Source: Podarcis melisellensis (Eukaryota). From it: a stretch of 64,000 nucleotides of DNA. The stretch lies in the NCBI GenBank assembly GCA_964234715.1, contig OZ174278.1. One strand, 5' to 3'. The notes under the pieces were generated by a model, which ran no database searches, was not told the origin of the DNA, and saw nothing but the letters and a program-made list of their open reading frames with translations. Within the stretch, counting starts at the first letter, position 1, and the number at the start of each line of letters is the position of its first letter. The position numbers and the translations under genes are program-made. Below are positions 36,901-50,200 of this stretch, in pieces.

Positions 36901-39900
36901 GCTGAGAACTATATTGTAGACCAAACTAAGTTGTTCTCTATTCCTAACCTGGGCAGCTACATAGAGAGTAAAGGAATTCTAAAGCAGTTATACCAGCAAC
37001 CGGGTCAAAAAGGAAGCTGCAGTATCAGCATTTGCTAAAGCATGAGCACATCGTGCAAGTCTGGTAGGGCTAGGAAACTTAGTGTTTAATACCAGCCTTG
37101 ACACAGATTGTGTGTCTTTGAGAAAAAGACAAATTCTGTCTTAGTTGTCTGTGTACTGTGATTACATTGGAAGGGCAGGGTTTAAGTTCTTCCCCAGTCA
37201 CCTCTATATTCTGAAAAAAAAAATCAGTCAGCACATTTAGAAAAACAACAACTTTGAAGGTGGCTTTTGAACTTCTGGTGTATTTCTAGAGGAAGTCTGG
37301 TGTATTTCTAGAGGAAGGCAATTAAAATACAGGAACACACACACACACACACACATTTCCACATTACCTGCCACTTCTATGTTTGCAGTGATGCACACAA
37401 GCAAAGTTGCACAGGCTTTGAACATGTGTAAAATGGTTGTTGGAATGGTACCCTCAAAAACTTTTTAAACCATTTAGTTATCACAAAACGATACAGAAAG
37501 CAATTTAAAGATACCTGTCAAAGTTTGCAGCTCTCCACCCTCATTTACATCACCAGCTTCAGCAGAGTGATCATCAAAAAGATCTGACGTGGTCGGATTT
37601 TCTCCTTCCATCCTACTCTCTTCTGGATCATCTTCCATTAAATCCACTTCTCCAGCTTCACTTATCCTCCCAGTAGAAAACATCTAAGAGAAGTTATTTA
37701 TTTGGAATTCTTTCATCACATCTTTCTTACAATAAACTCAAGATACTTTATGAAAAAAAGCTTAAAATTATCTTAACTGAGAGTTCTGTGTACGTTTCAG
37801 TATATAAAAACTGTACCACCTGTATACAAACCAGAAAAATGTGACTTCTGATTGCTTCGTTAAATGTGGCATCACTTTCCTGTGGAAGACCACTGTTTGA
37901 TACTGCTTAGTATGGGACTGGGACTTTTACTGAGGACCTCCATTTCACTTTGTAATTTAAGTAAAACAGTGAGACAAAACTCACAGCTGAGGAGTCCAGA
38001 TTGACCTCAACTGGCAGAGAAATTTATTCGAGAGAAATACTCCCTCGGCTACACAAATCTCAAGCTATTCAGAGATTAGAGATCCACACCAATGTCCCTA
38101 ACTGATCCAGAAACCCACTGTACAGTATTATCCTTAATGTGAGAGTTGCAGTCATGGAAGATAATGGACAATATCACATTTGTCAAACCTAATGGTATAC
38201 AACACTCATTCAGCCTTAATTTCTACTGTCTCTTTAGAAGAAATAGAGAGATTCAAGCGATAACCCCAAGATGGTGCAGCTTAGCCAGAAGGGAGCATAG
38301 CAGTGCAGCACTAGCAGTGGCTTGGCCCCCACCATTACCAACAAGGGTGCTAAATGTAGGGTAGAGTTGAAAGAGAGGAAGATAAACTAGCAAGGGGAAA
38401 GAGAAACAGCAGAGAAAGTAAGTGTGAAGCAGGATACATGCAATACTGGTGTTTAATGTTGGAGCGGGTGGAGCATTGCATTGTACACAGAGCAAATTGT
38501 TTTGGCTATATTTTTCACTCTCAATAGGCATAAGAAAAGGTCAAACCCAACATGTTTTGTCTGTCTTTCAAGTGAAATATCTGCTTACGTTATACACTTT
38601 TTGTTGTCCAAAATAAACTGTGATGAGGAAGTCATGCCATACACTATAACTACTCACCAGATGTTTGCAAATGTCTACAAGATCATTCATCAGTTTTGAG
38701 GTTAACAAATGCAAGAAAATTCCAGACAGGATCTTTCTTGGGCTGTTCTGTCAAAACAAACACAATATATACGAATTATTGAACACATCCCCCAAAACAG
38801 GATTTAATCACACAAGAATCCCTCTAGAGGGGATTCACGGACATTACAAGATGGAACTAGGTCGGGAAATATGAGCTGAGCTGCAAGAACTGGTCGTTCT
38901 CATGGGAAAGCTGCGAGAGATGTATGAGCAAGGTCATGTTTAGTCTACAAGCCCTCCAAAGTCGAAACCAATAGAAAATATAGCTACTGAGATGGAAAAG
39001 GGCCTGATACTCAAAACACGGGCAGCTGGACAAGAAATGAAACCAAAGAAGGAAGAGGAGGAAAAGATACCTGTTAAACAAGGGGTGGCCGAAATGATAC
39101 AGAAGACAAATGAGAGCCAAAGATCTATCAAGATGATCTTAAACCCGACCAGAGTGAAAGTTGGACCAGTTGGGATGTATGAACTTAAGAAACAAAGATG
39201 GAGCTTCACCTTTAAACAACCTGTCCTGGCTGAAAAAATCACTGACAGTATTGAGAAAGTATTTTTGCGAGTTTGGGCATTTAATATAAAAGATTTCCAA
39301 AGAAGCCGGCTGAGAGGGACTGAAAGGGACTTGAGAGCCTCGGACGTAAGGTCACCAGGCTAAAAAGATAGACTTATGGATTGTGGTCTGGGGTTGAAAC
39401 CGGGGATGGAAAAGGAGGGTTTGGGAGCCCGAAGGGGGCCTGATTTTCACTATGCAGTGCAAAAATCCTGGGTTTTTTTACGTCATTTATTATTATTAAA
39501 ATGGGGAATTCGTGGATGGGAACTAGGGACAACCTTAGGAAAAGTACTTTTATTTTTGTTTTCTTTTGTTTTCTTTTTTATTTCTCTTATATATGAATAA
39601 GGTATATAACTTAAGTGTTATTGATTAAACCAAAGTAAATATAATACTGAAATAATGGTTAAAATATGTAAAGATACTAAGATAAAAACTTGCTGAACAA
39701 ATATGCGAAGCGGAATACAAGAAGGGGAGGCGTGGGGAAGTCAAGAAAAGAAGTTACTGAAAATGAGATTTAAAAGGTGGAATTTCTGTGTTTTTTTCTC
39801 TTTTTTTGTTCTTTGTTGTGTTTGTTTTGTTTTCTTGGATGTTGTGTGTTTCTTATGTTTTTAGTTTTACTATTTGTACCTTTTAGAATAAATATTATTT

Positions 39901-42900
39901 AAAAAACAAAAAAAAAACAGGATTTAATCACTTTAACTAGGCATGGAAACATAACCAATCACTTTAAAACTAAGTAAAATTAGCTACTGCTGTATTCATT
40001 TGAAACTGAACTAATAAAAATTCTGTGTGCATGCATACACCTGTACATGATTACAAATTATTAAATTGACTGGAGAAATAGGTTTGCTGCAAAAGGGACC
40101 TAACTAGCTAAAAGTACAAGGATTTCAGCATTTCTTAATTGTGGCATGGACTGAAAGATCGGCAAGTGTCTTACCTGCTTACAATTACATGCGCAACTAA
40201 TACACTGTCCTATTAACGTCCTTAATGAAACGATCCTAGAATCTTCATTTAGCTTGTTTTTGGACTGATAAATAGTTTCTCCCACATAATGAATAAGAGA
40301 CTGTGCAAATTAAAAAAAAAATGCAAATAATTAAGAAACTGTCTCAGATATATATTGCTTTTATAGCATTCCATCCACATTCAAGTCTAATCATGCTAAA
40401 GAAACTTTCAGCTTTTTCTAACGCAATCAACCATACAAAGATGAGTAACTTTGTCTTTACTAACATTTCCTGATATTATTTATTTTCCTATTCCGTATAT
40501 TTCTCACTTTTTTCACAAAAGTGCCTCAAAGCTACTTATAATGTAAAAATAAGCATTAATCAACTTGTAAAATAAGTGACAAGGAACATAAATGTAAAAA
40601 ATAAAAAGATATGCTTCCACCACTGTTAAGATATTTCTCTTGCTTGGAAACCAGAAATTTAGTGTATTCCTTAAAACACAAAAAAGCCTTACCTTGGATT
40701 TTTGAAACAGCTTTGATTTGCGTGCTTCTTCTTCCGTCAGTATGCCAGCATAGCAGTAGCAGCCAAGAACACCAGTCAGGAGGCTGACACAACGTACTAG
40801 GATTATTGCAGATGCAACCTTCAAGTCAAACACAAAAATACATGCTAAGCATTTGATGATACTTCATCCATAGTTATTAATACTTCTATAAAGTTCAGAA
40901 TACAGTGGTACCTCAGGTTACAAACACTTCGGGTTACAGACTCCACTAACCCAGAAGTAGTACCTCAGGTTAAGAACTTTGCCCCAGGATGAGAACAAAA
41001 ATCGTGTGGCGGCGGCACAGGAGGCCCCATTAGCTAAAGTGGTACCTCAGGTTAAGAACAGTTTCAGGTTAAGAACGGACCTCTGGAACGAATTAAGTTC
41101 GTAACTAGAGGTACCACTGTACCTTCATGAATTGTAAGATGCTAAGAAGAAGCTGGTAAACAGAGCGTACTTACTCTGCCTATGTGTGATTTTAGACTCA
41201 CAAGGACAGAGCAACCCTACCTGACAGGGAGCAGTGGGGCAGAGTGACCACAGCATCTGAGGCCCTGCCACTTCTGCTGGCCAAGGCAGAAGGTGGGGTT
41301 GAAGTTTTTTGTGGTAGCTCCAGGCCGCTGCAGCTGATGACCAAAATTCATGCTGCTTGGGAGCTCCAAGGCCACTGGCACCCCATCCCAAATTGTCCCA
41401 TTTTAGGGTTTTCTGCTGGCTATCACCAGCAACAGCTTCCCACCTGCCAGGGCAAAGATGTTGCCCCAGAGGTGCTCTTCTGAGCTGATTCAGGCACAGA
41501 AAGAAACTTACGCCATCCAAGAGCAGAAAAGAGGAACTCCTCCCACTTCATTGCAGCAGCACACCCACCCATGCCATCTTTAGATGAATGTCACGTAGTA
41601 TGAGCCACCAGGGAAGGCTGGTCCATCAACAGGCATGGGGCACTGTCCCACTAACCTCAGCTTGCCCTCAGCCAGACCCCACCTGCCCACCTTCTTAATT
41701 ACAATCAGTCCAGGGAGTGGCATCGCCTATCAACTTTCTTATTCCTGGTCTCTGTTTCCGCTCCTAAAAATCACAGGGAGGATAGGGACAAAACTGGGGA
41801 TAGGCTTTGCCTGTCCTTGGCTCTGACTCTCCATAATGTTGGGTCTCCCTGCCTTCTGTCCTACCATTCCCAATGGGCACCAGCCACCTTAGCAAGCCAC
41901 CATTTGTCTGTTTTATTAATTATGTGACGTATATCAAAAGCTGCTCACAAATATTCTTGAGAAGGATGTACTTTGAGAGACCTTTCTTTTCCAACTTACC
42001 TCAGGCATAAAGTTACTCAGAAGTTGTTCTGATATCTCCAACAAGTTCTGTTCTAAAGCTTCTCTGTGTTTTTGACTGACTGTTAATCTGGAACTGAGCA
42101 ATTTGCTTTCAGGTGTATCATTTGCCACATTTGTAAAAATGCCTATTTCATCGAAAGTTGTTTGCATGTAGAATGTTTCAATTTCTGAACGGCTGGCTTC
42201 TTCTGTGTCTTGTGCATGTTGTGTACTTAAAAAAAAATGACAAATATTATCTGTCACTGGTATTTCATGACAGTATTTGAAGCCTTTAAAACCAAACACG
42301 GAATAATTAAAACTTTAATTTTATTTGATTTCCAAAATATTCTAATAGATGAGTTGAAACCAAAGGCCTGTCTTCATATAATGAACATCTGTACCCCTGT
42401 CTAATGAATTATGAACAGTCTCCCCTTTCCCACTGAATGTACAACCAGCTCTATTCATCTCTTGAAGAGCAGGAAGATAAGGCACCATAAACCCAGCAGC
42501 AACAACACAGCCTTATGCAAAAACTGTACCTCTTTGAAGAGAGGCAGTAATACATACACAGGTTTCTGAGGAGAGTGCTAAGAATTCCTCCTGCCATTTA
42601 CATGTTACATGTGCAGTGAGGGCAATCCATGTATAGAAACCTACTTCACAGACAGATGGTTTTTAACTGTATAAGGCAGCATTGGGGAATATCAGCCCAG
42701 GAGCCACATGCAGTCTTCAGGAAGCTTAAGCTATCATGACTGTATTTAACGAAAGCAGGAAACAAGCTGGATTTGGGGAGCAGCCTACTTCCCAAGTGTT
42801 CGTTACTGCCTTTGACCAGTTGGTTGAGCCAAAACCCAACCTACCAACCCTGCTAACCAAAGGGAAATCGTAGCCTAATGTACTACGGTAAGAGCCACAT

Positions 42901-43106
42901 CAATTGCTCTGGAAGACTGTATAATAATGACTGCTTAAAAACCTTATGTTTACCCAAGCTTGCCTGAACCCTCTTTTTAGTTCTCTCTTGCTCAGCCTCT
43001 TTGCGACACTGAGTTTTATTTTGCTTTCATCTAGTTTTTAAGTAGTTTCCACTGAATGTCGTTGCCCCACTTTTATTATTTTTCTGGAAACTACTTAGAT
43101 TTTTGT

Positions 43107-43197
<91 letters not shown>

Positions 43198-44249
43198 AAT
43201 GAATTCTTTGGGCTGAGAAAGGTTCTTCATCCTGGTATAGGGTCCATGAAACAAATTTCTAATTTCTGCCCATAAAACAGAATATTTTTTTTAAATGAAA
43301 CCAATTCTTAAAGATAATACCTCCAAGTGACAGAAATACTTATGTTGATCTTTAAAACATACCATTCTGAAGCATTGTGAAAAAATTCCATTGCTGCCCT
43401 ACTATTTTTCATAGTCAGACTTACAAGGATTTTTTGCAACTCTAATTTGGGAAAGTCACTGCAAAAGAATCAAAAACATGTTTTAGACTTGACAGTCCCC
43501 AAGCATATCTGTTTATCTCTATGAGACCTCAAATAGAAACTTGATTAATTTTTTGAATACAGAATTTTGAATAAAGGATACAGAAAAAATATATATCAGA
43601 TATACTGGAACAAATAAATCTAAATTAATATTAAAAGAAATGAAAATGTTTAACTCTTGTTTAACTCTTTAACAACATATTCTACTGCCAGTTTTATTTA
43701 ATTAGTAATCAATTGGTAATCAAATCCATTCCGAGGGTTCACGCAAATACAATGTGTTATCTACTTCTGAAACCAAGCTGGTCAAATAAAACCTAACAAT
43801 ATTAATTCTGTTTTAAGCCACTTTATTTCTCAAGCTGTTACCTGCGTAGGATGGGTGGCGGCTCTGTCCTGTGTTCCATCTCCTCCTCTAAGTGGCAGAA
43901 CAGAAGCCACTTCATAATGGTTTCTTTTAATGTAGAAGCCGCACTTCCTTCCCAATCATTCTGTACTGCCTCAGTTTTCGAAGCCTCTGGCACTTCCAAA
44001 GATGTCATCGCTAATGCCAAGCACTTTGCTGCAGAACTATAAGACATTATTTGCACAAGATTACCACCTGAATTTACAGCTCCAGTGCAGACCTGCATTT
44101 TAAATTTACAAAAATAACAGTGCCTTTTTGCAGGGAGGTGAGACTGTAATAGGTCTGTTCTGATCTAAATCTGTTTTAAATATGACAAGTCTTGTGGCTG
44201 AGTCACATATGCCCCTCCACCAAAAAAATCTTCAGATTTTTAACTGAAA

Positions 44250-44296
<47 letters not shown>

Positions 44297-47200
44297 GTTA
44301 ACAGTTCTATCCCATACATGTGTACTTTAAAGTAAGTCACACGAAGTTAAAGGAGCTTATTCCTAGGTAAAGTATATAAGTTTTCATTCTAAAACACATT
44401 AGTTAATCTATTATAAAACAGCCCAAACAGAATTTGTAATAGAAAAGAGTGTTCTTATATTAGTTACAAAAATTAAATAGAAAAAAGTGAAAGCACAGCA
44501 AAGGTTTGACAAATATAATTCTGGATATTAATTGGATTTGTACTAGTATAGGACAGAGCACTTGAAACCCCCTTTGCTTGCCTTGCAGGAAAGAGTGTTG
44601 ATTAGGACAGCTATTCTTCTGCTAGCCACCATCTGTGTAGTGATGCTACTCATCACTACATCGTTGTGGAGTTCCCCATTCTGTCAATTCAAAGGGTGGG
44701 AATGGGAAGGGTTGAGTCAACATGTTTGCCATCAAGTGATGGCATTGGTCCCAATTGTTGTGGCAGGTCCAAGCTACCACAGCAACCTGCCTATGCACCT
44801 CACTTTGCTGAATAAAGTCCCACTAGTCTGTGGAGGGGGAAGTATCGGAAATGTTTTAAGGAGCAATCCTACTAATCTTACTAATGCAGCAGAAACAGAT
44901 GGTGCTTACGAAGAGTTCCACGTTACCTTGAAGGTTTGCATGCAGATAGTGAAAATATCTTCCAAATTTCTCTATCCATTGCTATTAAGCCTCCTTGAAT
45001 CATGACTTGAAGTAATCCAAAGCATTCCACTTCAGTTTGCTGAAGACTTAGGCTACGAATGACCAGAGACCAAACTTTTGACCAGATTCGCTGCAGTTCT
45101 GAGTTCTGCACAGGTTTCAGATCTAACTGTTGGCTTTGACACCATGCAACCTCTTTAAGACAACGTAACACATAAGGCATCCGTTCTCTTCGACGCTGTT
45201 GAGACAGCAGCTGGTAAAGTATACTAAGCAAATGAGGACGTTCACAGTGAGGAAAGCTCATAGGGTACTTCGATATCAATCTGGTCGTAATCTGCAGCCT
45301 TGAGGGTAGAAAAAGCAGAGAGATCTGAGAAAAAATGGAACTTGGAAAATTGGGGGGGGGGGGACGGACAAGAATGAATGTTTGTTTGTTTTTACCAGGG
45401 TATGACATAAAAGTCATTCTGTGAACTTTGCAGGTTGCTCCACACCACCTCCCAACCTGATTCAATTCTCCTACGCTTGGATGGTACATCTCCACATTCT
45501 CTCTGTGTAGCAACATACGACTGAGTTATCTCCAAGACTTTGGTGTCTTCAGTAAAGACCTTTGCAAACAATAAGTGCATATTATAACATAACATTTTAC
45601 ATTAAAACATGCATTAAGAAAGAATGATGTAAGGCCAAAGCACTGTAGCTCCCAGCTCAAAATAGTGGACCAAACAGAAAACGCCCTCTAGATGGGGATA
45701 CAGAAACTGCACCCAAGCCTCCCAGGCCCATCTTAGATTGTCAATGTGGTACCCAAGTACACATCTGTGCATGTGCACTGGGAAGTAGGGGGAAAACATG
45801 GTACTTTTAGGTCATACTGGAGTGTCTCCGTGCTGTACTCCAATAGGAAAGGATTTACTCCTTTTTACAAGAAACAGTTTCTGAAAGCAGAACAATTTAC
45901 CTGATGACAAATGTCAGCCATTAACTCAACCAGGCTTTCCTTCACAGCAATACTGCGCGACCCTGCAGAATACTTTCCTCTGCTGCCTATGAGGCTTATC
46001 TCGTTCACTAATAGTTCATACAGGTTGTATACAATACTTTGCCATTTTGTCGGGTCACATGCTCCTGTTTGCACAAGAAGAGGACAAATTTAGTTCTGTG
46101 TAACTTATAATATGTGAACCAACCCCCAAGCAATCTGTTCAAATATTTTAAAAGTTCACCAGCTATTAAGAATACCTAATATAACAATGCAAAAAAGTAA
46201 CAGCTAAATCAAACAAGTATTTGAAGACTCAAAACATGAATAGACACTATGAAAAACAATGATAGTATACTAGCCAATTTAAAAATATCTGAATACTTTC
46301 CACAGAAGAATGCAGAAGTTTAGTCACCCTCCAACAGTGCCAACTGTTCCTGTAATATCTCTTCACAATTGGGCATGAAGTAACTTATGCATACCTTTTT
46401 CTTTGGCTTTCGCTCCATTTGGGTGATGAACACGAACCTGCAGCTGAATGAACTGAATGATCTGCTCCTTTAGGAAATCTTTCGGCTTATACTGAGCCCA
46501 TATATAGAGCACAGTTGGCAGAATTTCCTCTCCTAGCTTACAAACCCGCATACGGTAGTTGACTGCAAATACACTCAAATATACATTAATGGCTGCAAAA
46601 ATATGATCGAGGCCTGCGAGGTTTCTTTCTTGCCTGCAACAGAAAAAAGTCATGTTTTGTTATCGTAACTAATTTAATGAGCATGCAAATACTAACCTCT
46701 ACTGGGTATAGAGGCCCAGGCTATGCTATGCTATGCTATTTTAATTCTGCCTTTTCTCCAAAGTACTCAAGGTACGTAAACCATCAGGAGGAGAAAAAAT
46801 GTAGTTCAGTTCCAGTGTGAGAGAGAAGAAAACTGTACCATAAAGGCTTTGGAAGAGAGGACAGTTATGGGACCCTGTAACTGATAGGTTGACAGTTTTT
46901 GGTAACACATGGCAGTGATAAAGGTAACTATTGTCATACATAAGGAAGAACTAGAAAGTTGACCATATTGAGCTGACCAGAAGAGCAATAATTTCTGCTG
47001 CAGCCAAGCCTTGCAGAAAGGATTATACAAAGATTGGAAAATATGATGGCAGCTGGCTTACAGAGAAGTTTTTTTCTAAACCTTTTTATTATAAGAAGGA
47101 GTTCTCAAAACTTAAAAAATACACATTTTGGAAGAAAGATATCATTTCTGCTCTTGTGCTGCTTTTCCCAAGAAATGGCAAATGTTTTTGAAGCAAGGAA

Positions 47201-50200
47201 AGTGCAATGCTTTAATTTTAAAATTGGCTCCAAATACCGTACTTGAAAGTAATTCAAAGATTTGAAAGCAAGATGTAGAAAAGATTTAGATTAGTTCAAT
47301 GAGACTGAAAAGCAAGTGAACTTAAAATACATTAGAATAGTGGAAGTTTAAGTTTAGAAGAGTAACCATGTTAAACTCAAAATTGATTCACCAAAAGAAA
47401 AGGAAATTTACCTTGCAAGCTGCATAGCTCTAGAGAAGAAGCTTAAAATGGTAGAATTTAACCCATCAGTTTGGAGGCACAGTCCTCTGGTCAATGTATA
47501 AATTATTCTAGCCACCAATACTTTGTTAATATCTCTACAAGGTTTGAGAAACAATTTGAAGTACAGGTTTTGGAGATCTAGGAGAAGAAAATCAAATTCA
47601 TATTACTTAACTAAGTCACAAAAACATGTGTGTGTTTACTAAATATTTCCAGTCCTTTCCACTGATCATTCCTATGTTAAGAATAGTTGCAAAGCAAACA
47701 GGTAGCTCCCCAGTGGGTTCATTTATTTTAAGATGTCGCACATTTGAAAAAGGTGTTTCTCATTATCCCAGCCTTGTACAGTGAAACCTCAGTTTTCAAA
47801 CGTAATCCATTCCGGAAGACCATTCGACTTCTGAAACATTCGAAAACCAAAAACAGAAAGCGGAAGCCTCAATTCAATAGGGAAACTCAAAACGGAAGCA
47901 GTGTTGGACGCTCAGGTTCCAAAACACATTTAAAAACCGGAGCATTTATTTCCGTGTTTTCGGCATTAGGGAGCTGTTCAAGAACTGAGATTTGACTGTA
48001 TTTAAAAACTTGCCTGCTATCACATCCAACAAGGAATTGTATGCAGGCAAGTGAGCTGCCTGGTGGAGAAAGGATGGAGCACCAGCTATCTTCTGTGCTC
48101 AGTATAGAATTGGGCAGGCTACCAGACAATGGAAGCACTCAGTATAGAAATACAGCATGTTGCTGCAAGAGAATGGAGTTCTTAACCCCTCCTCTACTAG
48201 TCCCTAGAAGGCTAGTAACAAATTTGCAGGTATATGTAGGAAGACATTTTAGCTGAGAGTAACAGCTCTTCCACTTTGTCTCAACTTTATGCAGCAAACA
48301 CAAATACTGCATACATGCAGGTATTTTCTTCAACAGATACGTAAATTGTGGAAGCCACAATGAGCATGGTTTTGCTACAGAGCAAAACCCGTTAGGCCAG
48401 CTTTCCCAGGTACATAGGTTTTTAAAGATGTGTGTATTGTTCTACTGTTGTAAACCGCTTTACTTTTGTAAACCACTTTGAGGTTTTTCACAATCAAGAG
48501 GTGTACAGTCGTACCTTGAGTTGCATAACCTCCAGGTTACAGAATCTTCAGGTTACGGCCGTGGCAAACCTGGAAGTGGGTTTGCCCTGCGCAGAAACGC
48601 TCTGTGGCACCGCGTGTGTGCGCAGAAGTGGTCCTCCAGTTACGGAATTTTTGGGATACAGCTGGGCCTCCAGAACGGATCCCGTTCGTAACTGGAGGTA
48701 CCACTGTATACATTTTATGAAATAAGTAAATAAATAAATAAATAAATGATGTCCACGCTTTTACATGTTTCTGGCAGGAAATATCAATATGTATGAAGCA
48801 AGTGTATTTTCAATGTGTCTGAGCTACTCTCAATTGCCACTGCAGAAAAATTCAAGAGAGGGCTGCATCCATGTAAGCAATTTAGTTAAATACAGTAAAT
48901 TCACAAAATGAAGTCCAACTACAGCCACATTTCATGAAAAGTGGTTATAGGCAGTGAATAATCAACGATGCAGTTCTGGCACATAAATGTCAATACAGAC
49001 AGAAACTGTGGGAAGCAGGGTATTCTATACTCACAAAACAGCTTCCTTGTTCTTTTTAAACTAAGAAGGGAACTCTGCACAAGCATACCTTTGTACAAAC
49101 TGGCCTCATGATTACCCAGATCAACAATAAAATATTGTTGACATGATGAAATTGTTTGGTTTGTAATTTCAATATGAGTATGTAATTTGAGAAAATCCCT
49201 ATAAAATTAATGAAGTCAATATTAAATAAATCAAGCGAGGCAAGGATATTAGAAAAGCCAAAATCTGATATTCAATGACAGAGGAAGAAAAACCAAGAAT
49301 AGAAAAACCACAGTTATTCTATGGTTCATTATGGGAACTTCGATTATTGGAGCTATATAGCACACATCTTCAAAGAAAATAAGTTCTGCTGTATAAAATG
49401 TCTCTTGACGTCACTTCCAAGCAGTTCATGGGATTTCAAGCATAGGAATAATATCTACAAACCTGACCACTGTTGTGAAGGGATAGCACACCAATATGTC
49501 CTCACTGTAAGAATATCCTTTAACAATATGCTGCTACAATCAGTTCCATAAATGGCACAACTTGATGGATCATTTACTGTGTCCATGACAAAGATCAGAA
49601 GCTCTTGACATTTTAACCTGGGTGCTCCTGTGCAAAAGCAGAATATAAATGTGAGTTTTTAACTTTTATGAGTGATCTCAAACCAGGTCAAATTCAAGGA
49701 GAAGCTGTTGAAATACAACCAAAAATTGTAACATTTATTAGAAAACAAGTTACCTGATACATGGTAGAGTTAATGAAATGAACTGTAATATTTTTTTCCG
49801 ACAATATATCTTAATTATGTCTGTACTAGGTCACTCACTTTTATTGGCACATCTGATGAAATATTTGACCAAAGAGCTGATCTCTTGCATCTTTTTATGT
49901 CGTGTTGCTTGGGTTGATGCAGACACATTTGGTTTTGCTAATCTTGCACTTTCAGTTTCCTTCTTAATGTACTTCTGGAGAAAACTTAAAAGGCAAAAAA
50001 TAAACACTATTTATAGGCACATCATCTAATTAAAATAAACAAAATGCTCAGCAGCAACAACAATTTATTCTTTTAAATAGTGAAGTTTCAGTGCAAGCTC
50101 TTCTATGATATTCTACTAGATCCTTCTGCTCCACAGGTATATTAAAAAACATACCCTATGCAATGTGTGACTTGCTTACCTTGAGAAAATACAGGCTGTC

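Noticed and set aside
44562-45005. 147-aa hydrophobic plus-strand ORF partly antisense to ATM exon 10, with a small hairpin near 44637-44660
   Set aside because: Non-ATG start, no recognisable homology, no supporting gene structure.
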